64,000 nt of DNA, taken from the NCBI GenBank assembly GCA_040772845.1, contig JAXGXG010000001.1, positions 1,470,211 to 1,534,210 on the forward strand, given 5' to 3'. Every line of letters starts with the position of its first letter. The stretch's first letter is position 1. Below, one piece after another: positions 48,935-59,946 of this stretch. The notes below the pieces were generated by a model. It had not been told where the DNA came from. It saw nothing but the letters and a program-made list of their open reading frames with translations, and searched no databases. A program made the translations under genes and the position numbers. This stretch comes from Thermoguttaceae bacterium (GTDB lineage: Bacteria; Planctomycetota; Planctomycetia; Pirellulales; Thermoguttaceae).

Positions 48935-50284
48935 ATGAAAGACCAAGTCACGCGACGCACCTTCATTCAAACCACCGCGGCCGGCTCGGCCACACTGGCA
49001 GGACTCAGCAGCGGCGTCCCTACGGTCTTCGCCGCCAATGTCGACAAGCCGGCCCTGCTCGGCGGAACTCGCGCCCACCAGGGCGGCTGGCCCAAATGGC
49101 CCGAGTGGAACGAAGCCTGGGAACCCGAAATCCTCGATGTCTTGCGCAGCGGCCGATGGTGCGGTCACGGCGGCGACGGCAAGGTGGGCGAATTCGAATC
49201 CGCCTATGCCAATCTGCTCGGCGCAAAACGATGCGTCACCACGGCCAGCGGCACCGCCGCACTGCTGACTGCCCTGTACGTTGCAGGCGTCGATGCCGGC
49301 GATGAGGTGATCGTTTCGCCCTATACGTTCATCGCCACCTACAACACCATCCTCATGCAGAAGGCGCTGCCCGTCTTTGCCGATACGGACCCGGCCACGC
49401 TCACCATGGACCCGGCCTCGATCGAGAGTCGCATCACCGAGCGGACCCGCGCCATCGTACCGGTCCACATCTATGGCATGCCCTGCGATATGGACCCGAT
49501 CAACGCCATCGCCAAGAAGCACAATCTGGCGGTTGTCGAAGACGCATGCCAGGCGTGGTTGGCCGAATATAAGGGCAAGAAATGCGGGACCCTGGGCGAC
49601 CTGGGCTGCTTCAGCTTCCAGAACTCCAAGCACATTCCTGCAGGCGACAGCGGCGCCATCACCGGCAATAGCGACGAGCTGATGGACCGCTGTCAGGCCT
49701 TCCACAATGTGGGGCGAGCATTCGGCGCCTTCAAAGGCAGCGGCTCGTTCACCCGCGGCAGCAATTTCCGAATGAACCAGTATCAGGCCGCCCTGCTGAT
49801 CCAGCAGATCGACAAACTGGTGCGCGAGACCGAAGTCCGCCGCCAGAACGCCGACTACCTCACCGCCGGCCTCAAAGACATCCCCGGCGTCGAACCGGTA
49901 CGCCTGCCGGAAAACACCCGCCCTGTATGGCATCTGTACGCGTTCCGCTACGATCCGGAGCAGTTCCATGGCCTCTCGCGCGACAAGTTCCGCAAGGCCT
50001 TAAGCGCCGAAGGCATTCCGACCAGCGGCGGCTATCACGAACAGTACAACGACGGCCTGCTCGATGAAGCCATCCAATCGCGCGGCTTCCAACGCCTGTT
50101 CCCCGCCGAACGGCTGAAGGCCTATCGCGCGAGCTTCCAGGAACTCCGAGGCAACAAGCAGGTGTGCGAGACAACCGTGGGTGTATTCAATACACTTCTT
50201 CTGGCCGACCGCAGCGACGTCGACCACATCCTGCAGGCAATCCGCAGAATTCACGCCCACAGCGCCGCCCTGGGGGATGCGTAG
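48935..50284 (+). CDS. DegT/DnrJ/EryC1-family PLP-dependent aminotransferase with Tat signal (paralog)
   Basis: MKDQVTRRTFIQTTAAGSATLAGL signal; ..TTASGTAAL.., ..SFQNSKHIPAGDSGAITG.. (PLP Lys). Start at the internal Met (48935) preceded by AAAGGAA. Confidence 0.8.
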   Translation: MKDQVTRRTFIQTTAAGSATLAGLSSGVPTVFAANVDKPALLGGTRAHQGGWPKWPEWNEAWEPEILDVLRSGRWCGHGGDGKVGEFESAYANLLGAKRCVTTASGTAALLTALYVAGVDAGDEVIVSPYTFIATYNTILMQKALPVFADTDPATLTMDPASIESRITERTRAIVPVHIYGMPCDMDPINAIAKKHNLAVVEDACQAWLAEYKGKKCGTLGDLGCFSFQNSKHIPAGDSGAITGNSDELMDRCQAFHNVGRAFGAFKGSGSFTRGSNFRMNQYQAALLIQQIDKLVRETEVRRQNADYLTAGLKDIPGVEPVRLPENTRPVWHLYAFRYDPEQFHGLSRDKFRKALSAEGIPTSGGYHEQYNDGLLDEAIQSRGFQRLFPAERLKAYRASFQELRGNKQVCETTVGVFNTLLLADRSDVDHILQAIRRIHAHSAALGDA

Positions 50285-50441
50285 TCGGCAGAAGTGCAGT
50301 TTTCCGTCGCGCTATTAAGATTCTCCGGGGCATGTTTTCCGTGAGAGATGCGGGATCGTGCGCCGACGGGCATTCTGTTGACATTCTCCATGGCGTGAAT
50401 GACAATAGGAGCGATTCGTACTCAAAACAGGAGCTATTTCC

Positions 50442-51365
50442 ATGGCGCGTCGCACCCGTTCTGACATGCTCGTTTCCCGCCGCCGTTTTCTCGCCGCAGC
50501 CTGTGCCGCACCGGCGGTCATGGCCGCCGCGCCTGCCGGTCAAGCCGCAGAAATGCCGGCCGATGTGCCTGGCGAGGATTACCATATCGAACGCGGTCGC
50601 ATCAAGCAGTCGGTCTACGGCTGGCCGTTCGCACCCATGCCCATGGAAACGCTCATTCGCGCGTCCCATCGGATGGGCATCCGAGCCATGGACGTCGGTA
50701 AGGATCATTACCCGCTGTTGAAAGAGCTGGGCATGATGGTCATGATGGTCAGCGCCCACGGGTTCAAGATCGGGCCGCTCAATCGAGAGAATCACCCCTT
50801 CTGCATCGAACGATTGCGCAGTGCCATCGACACGGCCGTCCAGTGGGGCTCGCCCCACGTCATTACGTTCACCGGAATGCGAGAGAAAGGCATTACCGAC
50901 GAGCAGGCGGCCCAGAACTGTGTGGACTGCTGGAAGCAGGTGGCCGGCTACGCCGAGGAGAAGGGCATCAACATGTGCCTGGAAATTCTCAACTCGCGCG
51001 ACGATACGCACCCGATGAAGGGCCATCCCGGCCAGTTCGGCGACGACGTCGATCTGTGCATCGATATGATCCGCCGCGTCGATAGCCCGCGCATGAAGCT
51101 GCTATTCGACGTCTATCACGTGCAGGTGATGAACGGCGATATTATCCGCCGCATCCGGCAGTACAACGAGTACATCGGCCACTACCACGTGGCCGGCTGC
51201 CCCGGACGCGGCGAACCTGACGACACGCAAGAACTCAACGTGCCGGCCATCCTGCGCGCCATTCTCGAAACCGGCTACACGGGCCACGTTTCGCAGGAGT
51301 TCATCCCCACCTGGCCCGACAAACTGGCCGCCCTGCGCTACGCGGTCCGCAAGTGCGACGTGTGA
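50442..51365 (+). CDS. Xylose-isomerase-like TIM-barrel protein (sugar phosphate isomerase/epimerase family) with Tat signal
   Basis: SRRRFLAAACAAPAVMAAAPAGQA signal; conserved E/H/D metal-site pattern (..NMCLEILN.., ..FDVYHVQ.., ..HYHVAG..). Confidence 0.75.
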   Translation: MARRTRSDMLVSRRRFLAAACAAPAVMAAAPAGQAAEMPADVPGEDYHIERGRIKQSVYGWPFAPMPMETLIRASHRMGIRAMDVGKDHYPLLKELGMMVMMVSAHGFKIGPLNRENHPFCIERLRSAIDTAVQWGSPHVITFTGMREKGITDEQAAQNCVDCWKQVAGYAEEKGINMCLEILNSRDDTHPMKGHPGQFGDDVDLCIDMIRRVDSPRMKLLFDVYHVQVMNGDIIRRIRQYNEYIGHYHVAGCPGRGEPDDTQELNVPAILRAILETGYTGHVSQEFIPTWPDKLAALRYAVRKCDV

Positions 51366-51601
51366 CGCCATCTCGGCCTTCCACCATGCGAACAAGGCCC
51401 GTAGATTCTTCGGAAATGCGAAAATGCTGGTCTTCCCTGCCAGGCAAGACACCACTATAATAGGCCTTTGCATTATCGACCGGAAGAAGGGACGCAACGG
51501 CACGGCGGATCGAACTGCGGTGGCGTGGCAATACGCAGGCTTGGCGGATCACCTGGAGAAACGGAAGCAATCGGCTGGAAGCGGAAAGGGAGGCGCGTTC
51601 G

Positions 51602-51817
51602 ATGCGGACTGTTGTCGCCGTCTTGATAGTCTTGCTCTCCCTGGCCGCGCCGGCGCCCAACGCAGAAGGGCGAACGTGGACCGATTTGCTGGGCAACCAG
51701 ACCACTGCGGATTTCGTCCGGGTCCACAACGGAATGGTCATTCTGCTCCGATTCCCCAGAACGCTGACGGCCAGCACCCGGATGCTGCGACCGCTGGCAA
51801 CGACGCCAGCCGGATGA
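51602..51817 (+). CDS. Small secreted protein with SHD1-like N-terminal motif (possibly the 5' part of a frameshifted gene)
   Basis: MRTVVAVLIVLLSLAAPAPNAEG signal, then RTWTDLLGNQTTADFVRVHNGMVILL (resembles an SLA1-homology SHD1 start). TGA overlaps the ATG of the next ORF. Confidence 0.4.
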   Translation: MRTVVAVLIVLLSLAAPAPNAEGRTWTDLLGNQTTADFVRVHNGMVILLRFPRTLTASTRMLRPLATTPAG

Positions 51818-52386
51818 CGGCCGACCAGGTCCAGGCCGAACTGGTGCGACTCCAGCAACTTGCCATGCAACGCCAGCAGGAACAGGGCGCGCTTCCCGAA
51901 AGTCCTCACAGCGAACCGGTCACCCCTGCCCAGCACGGGCAACAGGAAGCACACCAATCGCCAACCCGCTGGATTCCACCGCAACATCAGCCGGCCGGGC
52001 AAATCCCCGGGCAAACGGTGGGCCAACAGGGACCTCAAGACGGCGAGGCGCGCCAACGCGCCCTGCTGGAAGAAAAGGCGGCCTGGAAACGGTTCCAAAA
52101 AGAGCCGAACCTACCGATCCCTCACCTGATCATCTCCAACTGCAACCGTACCTGCGGCAAGTGCGACCACGCCGTCCCCGATTACGCCCAACTCGGCGAG
52201 AAGTGCCCGTGGTGCGGCACGGTGTGGCAATACGAGACCGATTACGCCGGCAAGGTGATCGACCGAACAAGACCTCCCAGGACGAGCCTGCTGAAGATTT
52301 GTGCCGGCATCGGGCTTTGGGCCCTGCTGTTCCTGGTGATTGGCGTAGCCATCCGCATTGTGCGCGCGATTACCGGCCAGGCCTAG
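51814..52386 (+). CDS. Gln/Pro-rich protein with zinc ribbon and C-terminal TM anchor
   Basis: MTADQVQAELVRLQQLAMQRQQEQ.. ..CNRTCGKCDHAVPDYAQLGEKCPWCG.. ..LLKICAGIGLWALLFLVIGVAIRIV. The ORF-track N-terminus from 51424 is not coding. Confidence 0.45.
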   Translation: MTADQVQAELVRLQQLAMQRQQEQGALPESPHSEPVTPAQHGQQEAHQSPTRWIPPQHQPAGQIPGQTVGQQGPQDGEARQRALLEEKAAWKRFQKEPNLPIPHLIISNCNRTCGKCDHAVPDYAQLGEKCPWCGTVWQYETDYAGKVIDRTRPPRTSLLKICAGIGLWALLFLVIGVAIRIVRAITGQA

Positions 52387-52609
52387 CTGCCGCCAAAGAC
52401 AGGTTGGCCCATGGCGACTATTGCTTTGGATTCGTAGCGTGGCGTCTAACACGTCGCACACCCCGTTGGTAGCCCCGCCTTCAGGCGGCTTTCTCCCCGC
52501 GTCGCGCTCAACCCGTCGCGCTTCGTCCTTCCTTCGTCATTTGGCACTCGCCATTGCCGTCGGACAGCCGTTGCTGCACGCGATGTCGCCAGGTGCGAGG
52601 GAGTCATAC

Positions 52610-52639
52610 TTGACAGGTGTGAGAGCTGGGCGGTAAACT
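52610..52639 (+). promoter_or_regulatory. Candidate promoter for tRNA-Val
   Basis: TTGACA, 18 nt, TAAACT; a 7-bp-stem hairpin (CAGCAGG/CCTGCTG, 52663..52682) sits between it and the tRNA 5' end. Confidence 0.25.
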
Positions 52640-52687
52640 GATGACGTTGGAGACTGGAGAATCAGCAGGCTGCTACCTGCTGAACAG

Positions 52688-52761
52688 GGGCGATTAGCTC
52701 AGTTGGCTAGAGCACCTCGTTTACACCGAGGGGGTCGGCGGTTCGAGCCCGTCATCGCCCA
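52688..52761 (+). tRNA. tRNA-Val (anticodon TAC), no encoded CCA
   Basis: GGGCGAT/ATCGCCC acceptor stem, D arm GCTC..GAGC, anticodon arm CCTCG-TTTACAC-CGAGG, T arm GGCGG-TTCGAGC-CCGTC, discriminator A followed by CTT. Confidence 0.85.
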
Positions 52762-52829
52762 CTTCTCGTGCTTGGTTTTCTGCCGTTTTGTGATTGCATC
52801 TACAGAGAGCGGAACAAGGGAGGCACCCA

Positions 52830-54080
52830 ATGCGCGTTCTCCAAAGGGCAGGTTTCCAGGGCCTATGGGTTCTCGGTATTCTCATTGTCGGCGTCATCTC
52901 AGACGCCCATTCCGACGATTGGCCTCAGTGGCGTGGTCCGAATCGCGACGGCATCTGCGAGGAAGAGGGCCTGTTGGACGAGTGGCCCGCGGGTGGACCC
53001 AGACTGCTGTGGAAAGCGACGGGCCTGGGCGAGGGGTTCAGCGGGCCGGCCATTGTTGGCGATCGTCTTTTCAGTATGGGCAGCGCAGGTGGGCAGGAAT
53101 GGGTTTTCTGTCTCGATCTGACGAAAGAGGGCAAGCCGGTCTGGGGAACGCCGCTGGGCCAGGTTCGACACAAGGGAGGCGGCTATCCCGGGCCTCGGGC
53201 GACGCCGACCATCGACGGCGACCAACTCTTCACACTTGGGATCAGCGGCGATCTTGTGTGCCTCGACGCGCGGAGCGGCAAGCCTGCCTGGCGCGTCGAT
53301 CTGACTCGCGACCTCGGCGGTAGTGCGCCTCAGTGGGGCTACAGCGAATCGGTCCTGGTCGATGGCCCCGTCGTGCTGTGCACGCCGGGCGGTCAACGGG
53401 CGACCATGGCCGCGTTGAACAAGAAGAACGGCCGTCCGGTTTGGACCGCTCCGATTGGCGATCCGGCCGCGTACAGTTCCATTATCAAGGCGAATCTGGC
53501 TGGTGTCCCGCAGTACGTTACCCTGACGGGCAAAGGCGTGATCGGCGTGGCGGCCAAGGACGGGACGCCGTTGTGGCGATACGATCGGCCGGCAAACAGC
53601 ACGGCGAGTATCCCCACGTGCATCCACTACGGGCAAACCATCTTCGGCGCGAGCGGATACGGAACGGGCGGCGGCGCCGTCTGGATCAAGCGGGCCGGGA
53701 AAGGTCTCGTTGCCGAGGAACTGTACTTCACCAAGGACATGCAGAACCACCACGGCGGCGTGATCCGCGTGGGCGACTATCTGTACGGCGCCAGCAATCC
53801 GGGCATTCTGACCTGCATCAACTACCGCACGGGTGAAACCGTATGGAAAGAGCGCAAGCCTGGCAAATGTTCGCTTCTGTATGCCGATGGCATGCTCTAC
53901 TGCCGCGACGAGAAAGGCCCGATCACTTTGGTCGAGGCGACTCATGAGGGGTACCGGGAGCACGGGCGGTTCGATCAGCCGGACCGGAGTGAACGCGAGG
54001 CATGGCCCCACCCGGTCATTGCCGACGGCAAGCTCTATATTCGCGACCAGGACGTGCTGCTGTGCTACCAGGTGAAGTAG
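52830..54080 (+). CDS. PQQ-repeat beta-propeller protein (BamB-like fold), secreted
   Basis: Signal/TM then DWPQWRGPNRDG and repeated ..LY..D/G..G..VW.. blades. Confidence 0.75.
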   Translation: MRVLQRAGFQGLWVLGILIVGVISDAHSDDWPQWRGPNRDGICEEEGLLDEWPAGGPRLLWKATGLGEGFSGPAIVGDRLFSMGSAGGQEWVFCLDLTKEGKPVWGTPLGQVRHKGGGYPGPRATPTIDGDQLFTLGISGDLVCLDARSGKPAWRVDLTRDLGGSAPQWGYSESVLVDGPVVLCTPGGQRATMAALNKKNGRPVWTAPIGDPAAYSSIIKANLAGVPQYVTLTGKGVIGVAAKDGTPLWRYDRPANSTASIPTCIHYGQTIFGASGYGTGGGAVWIKRAGKGLVAEELYFTKDMQNHHGGVIRVGDYLYGASNPGILTCINYRTGETVWKERKPGKCSLLYADGMLYCRDEKGPITLVEATHEGYREHGRFDQPDRSEREAWPHPVIADGKLYIRDQDVLLCYQVK

Positions 54081-54112
54081 GACAAAGCAGTTTCCTGAGG
54101 AAAGGGAGATAG

Positions 54113-56326
<2,214 letters not shown>

Positions 56327-56406
56327 GCGCGGCTAAGCCATGTCCCTGTTGAACAACCAGTGTGAACGCCTCGTTGTGCACTCCGTTTGAAGTGCATCGC
56401 AACCTT

Positions 56407-58149
56407 TCATTTACCTGCGGTCATCTCCAGCACCGATGCCTCACATGCGTCGAAGGCGTCGCGGATGGGTTGGATGCGTTGCTTCACGTCGTCGGACTTC
56501 GCCCGGCTTGCGGCGTCGTCGAGCAGCTTGCGGAGCTGGTCGCAGGTGGGCTGGTCGAAGATCTTCGGGCCCAGCCGCTTGGCGCTGCCCTGGCGCAGCC
56601 CGTACGAAATGCACTGGTCGCTCTTGACCATCGTGTCTTCCAGCCCTGTGAGGTAGGCCTTCATCGGTTCGGCGGCTTCCTGGAAGAAGGCCGTACAGAA
56701 GTCGTCGATCAGCCAGTCGACGTTCAGGTCGGCATTCCACGCCAGCTTGGCGGCAATGTAGTAGTTCAACGGTGAACTGGGCCAGTTGCCCACCTGCGTG
56801 TAGAAACCGCGGGCGCCGCAATCGCGGTAGAAGGGGATGTCGTGGCGCATGGTATGGACCATGGGCCACAGCATGTTCGTCTTGGACCAACCGCCCAATG
56901 CGTAATACTCGTAGATGAACAGGTTATTGGAAAGGCCGGACCACTGGCGCACCAGCTCGGCGAACCGCTGATTCGGCAGGAAGTTGTCGCTCGGCTCGTA
57001 CGTTTTGCCGGCCTGGCACTGGTCCGAAGTGATTGGGTGGTTGTGGCAGAAGTAGATGTGACAAAGCTGAATGATCTGGTTGGGCTCGGGCCGCCAGTCG
57101 GGAATCTCAGGCGGCAAGGCGTACATGGCATACGCTCCAACCTTCACCAGTACATCCGGATGCTTCTCTGCAATCCGGCGTGAGATCTCCTTGTTCAACG
57201 CGGCGAGGCGTTTCGAGTACCTGGCGAACCAGCCCCGTTCGGGCTCGTCCAGTGCGGTACACTTGGGACACTCGCAGAATCCGCCGCCGTCGTTTGGCGA
57301 AAGTGTGATGATCTCGATGGAGGGATCGGCGTCCAGAACCTCAATCATCCCCTTCGCCAGTTTGTCGATCACCTCCGGGTTGGTCGTACAGAGCTGGGCG
57401 CCGTGGCTGGGACGCTCTTTGAACGTCTTCCGCTTGCCGTTGATCATGGCGAACCATTCCGGGTGCTGTTCGGAAAACTCTTCGGGCGGGACCAGAATGG
57501 CAAACGTGTGGAAGTGCCACTTCCAGTTGACTCCCACCGGGCGCCCGTCCACCTTCACGTAGCAGTTCATCCGCTGCTTGAGCGACCAATCGCTGTTGTG
57601 AATCCATCGGAACTCGAACGACGGACGCACCTGCCGCTCGAACGTACCTATCGATACAGTAGCCGCCTTCGGAACGACCTCGTCGGCAGTGCCCGGCTCG
57701 AACCAACGAACGCCGAACTCGCGCTCGACCAGATCGTACACGCCAAACAGGGTCGCCAGGGGCGTGACGCCGCACAGCACGAGACCGCCGTCATCGCACC
57801 GGACGGCATGGCCGTCGCGCGACAGTTGGTCCTTCCCGAGGATCAAGCCGGCCTGCTTCGCCTTCTGTGTCTTGCCGACCCAGATGCCGAAGCCGTCGGG
57901 ATTTGTCGGCTCGTTGACAATCGGCAGTTCCTTGCCCGTAATCTTCCGCACATAACCTTGCAGCTCACTCGCCGCATGCTGTTCAAGCCAGTCGGGCTCG
58001 TTGGAGATAACGATGGTTGCGGCCGGGCCATCGGAAGTGACCAAGGCGTGCATGGGACCGGGCGACGGGGCAAGCGTCGCCTCGCCAGCCGCGAGTGATG
58101 TCGCCCCCAACACGCCTACCACGAGAAACAGCGAGAGACAAAGACGCAT
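56407..58149 (-). CDS. Secreted DUF4838-like putative glycoside hydrolase
   Basis: Signal peptide MRLCLSLFLVVGVLGATSLAAG; Cys cluster CECPKC; overall resemblance to DUF4838/GH20-related proteins. Start at the internal Met with signal peptide. Confidence 0.55.
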   Translation of the reverse strand: MRLCLSLFLVVGVLGATSLAAGEATLAPSPGPMHALVTSDGPAATIVISNEPDWLEQHAASELQGYVRKITGKELPIVNEPTNPDGFGIWVGKTQKAKQAGLILGKDQLSRDGHAVRCDDGGLVLCGVTPLATLFGVYDLVEREFGVRWFEPGTADEVVPKAATVSIGTFERQVRPSFEFRWIHNSDWSLKQRMNCYVKVDGRPVGVNWKWHFHTFAILVPPEEFSEQHPEWFAMINGKRKTFKERPSHGAQLCTTNPEVIDKLAKGMIEVLDADPSIEIITLSPNDGGGFCECPKCTALDEPERGWFARYSKRLAALNKEISRRIAEKHPDVLVKVGAYAMYALPPEIPDWRPEPNQIIQLCHIYFCHNHPITSDQCQAGKTYEPSDNFLPNQRFAELVRQWSGLSNNLFIYEYYALGGWSKTNMLWPMVHTMRHDIPFYRDCGARGFYTQVGNWPSSPLNYYIAAKLAWNADLNVDWLIDDFCTAFFQEAAEPMKAYLTGLEDTMVKSDQCISYGLRQGSAKRLGPKIFDQPTCDQLRKLLDDAASRAKSDDVKQRIQPIRDAFDACEASVLEMTAGK

Positions 58150-58244
58150 GGTCGGTCCTCCACGTTCAGGCTGATTGGCAGAGATACACTCGGTCGTTCC
58201 GCGTCCGGACGACGACAACTTCGGCCCCGGGCAAGCCTATCCGC

Positions 58245-58868
58245 TCAGTCGGCCAACGGCTTGACCTGGATGTTCTTAATCAACACCTTGCTGCCCGGAT
58301 CGTGGGCCTGAATGGCAAACGTCCCGCGGGAAAGCTTGCGGTCGCCCTCGACCTTGTCCGGCTCGGTATAGTCGACCAGCACCTGGCCGTTGATCTTACT
58401 GATGATCCGCTTACCCTGGACGATAATCTCCTGCGTATACCACTCGTTATCCTTTGCAGGCGGATTGGCAACGTCGGAAACGGCGTAGAGTCCGCCCGAC
58501 TTCTTCGGGTCGCGGTGCGAGACGTTCACCTGGATCTCGTAACCGTGGCTCGGCCAGCCGGACTCCTGAAACTTCGTGTGGATGTAGAGCCCGGAGTTTG
58601 CCTGCGGTTTGGTCATTACGTCGGCCTTGAAATGGAAGTTCTTGAAGTTATGGTCTTCCACCGGCCCCGCATAGAACAAGTGCCCGCGTGGCCCGTTGAC
58701 GACGATCGCGCCGTCTTCGACGCGGAACGAATCGGGGTTTTCGTTGATGCGCCAGCCGTCGAAGTTCTTGCCGTTAAACAGGCTGATCCAACCGTCGTCA
58801 CCGAAGACGTCGTTGGCCGAGACAAACAGGGCAACGACCAACACAAGCAGAGCAGAGAAGCGTTTCAT
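58245..58868 (-). CDS. DUF1080 (3-keto-disaccharide hydrolase-like, LamG fold) secreted protein
   Basis: MKRFSALLVLVVALFVSA signal; ..WISLFNGKNFDGWR.. ..GLYIHTKFQ.. ..FAIQAHDPGSKVLIKNIQVKPL, the characteristic DUF1080 N- and C-terminal motifs. Confidence 0.7.
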   Translation of the reverse strand: MKRFSALLVLVVALFVSANDVFGDDGWISLFNGKNFDGWRINENPDSFRVEDGAIVVNGPRGHLFYAGPVEDHNFKNFHFKADVMTKPQANSGLYIHTKFQESGWPSHGYEIQVNVSHRDPKKSGGLYAVSDVANPPAKDNEWYTQEIIVQGKRIISKINGQVLVDYTEPDKVEGDRKLSRGTFAIQAHDPGSKVLIKNIQVKPLAD

Positions 58869-59190
58869 CGCAGAGACTCCGTATAGCAGTAAGGAAAGTA
58901 ATGAACGTGGCAGGAACGACGGCCGATTCGAACTACCGCTCGACCGTGGCAGGTTATCCCCGCTGATCGCCAACCTTTTTCAGAAGCTTAACGATCCTGG
59001 GGCTAGTAGTATGGTAACCCCCCGGCAACAAGAAGCAAGTCCCCTGCCCTCCACTGCGTGCGGCAACGCTTTGTGGCGAACGCGCTCGCGTCCCCTTGGG
59101 CCACACCTCCCCACCCGGCCCCCGCAGGTGCAAGAACGGGTTGGGCGGGGGCTTGGTAGCTGGCCAGTCATGAGACCGGCTGAGGCAAGC

Positions 59191-59798
59191 CTGGGCTGTC
59201 AAAAAGTTGGGGTTGACACCATGTTTCGATAGTGCGGTTTTATTCCCTCCGCTCGCCGCCAATCCAGAAGTCGCTTGTTACGGTATGATTCCGAGTCCCA
59301 CACGCCACGTACCAGCACCCATTCATCCGCGCCTATTCGCCGGAGGCGATTCGCACCGTAGCCAGGGGTTTCTTTACCCCTGGAAACCATACGCACCACC
59401 CCACATCCCCGTTTATTGCCGGTTTGTTCGGCCGCCGCAGGCGGCGGAACAAACCGGCAAACCGGTCGGAACACCCGCGATGTTTTTGCCGCCTGCGGCG
59501 GCAAAAGCATCGCGGGAATGTGTTGGGGAATGTGGTGCGGCCATGGGTCCTGGGGTAAAGAAACCCCAGGCTACGGTGCTGATCGCCTACGGCGAAAACG
59601 CGCCGGGGGCGGTGCCTGAACACGCCACGCCCGGCCCCTTCTTCCTCCCTGTTACATCGGGCACGTTCAAGTCTGGATCAAAGACACAATCCAACCCGAC
59701 ACTCAGGTTGCGCGGCTAGAAGACCTATCGGACCCCAGAACGGGAACAAACCTTGCGCAACCCCAAATCGCCGCAACCCCAACTTTTTGACAGCCCAG
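59191..59798. mobile_element. MITE-like non-coding element: 25-bp perfect terminal inverted repeats flanking ~560 bp of nested palindromes (alternatively a structured RNA)
   Basis: CTGGGCTGTCAAAAAGTTGGGGTTG at 59191-59215 and its exact reverse complement at 59774-59798. Interior: ~48-bp imperfect inverted arms (59336-59383 vs 59548-59597), each with its own CCAGGGG/CCCCTGG hairpin, and two central GC-rich palindromes (59419-59457, 59477-59513) built on GCCGCC-GCAG-GCGGCGG. No intact protein-coding ORF inside. Confidence 0.45.
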
Positions 59799-59946
59799 CA
59801 AGCCCAGCGGCGACGATTTCATACCGACAATTGCTCACGCCAAGCGTGCCAGAACCTCTTGCCGCGAGGCGGTATACCACACATCGACTTTCCACCACAG
59901 ATTTGTTATGCTGGGGGCCTACCACTCACACGAAAGGGCCCACCCG

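Noticed and set aside
51424-51813. N-terminal 130 codons of ORF 51424..52386
   Set aside because: Junk-like composition, and overlaps the better-supported signal-peptide ORF 51602..51817 in another frame. The coding part starts at the ATG at 51814.
59199-59719. Several 60-170-aa ORFs on both strands in the DUF1080 / PL10-like intergenic region
   Set aside because: They lie within the palindromic TIR-flanked element; overlapping frames on both strands; Arg/Pro/Gly-rich. Non-coding.
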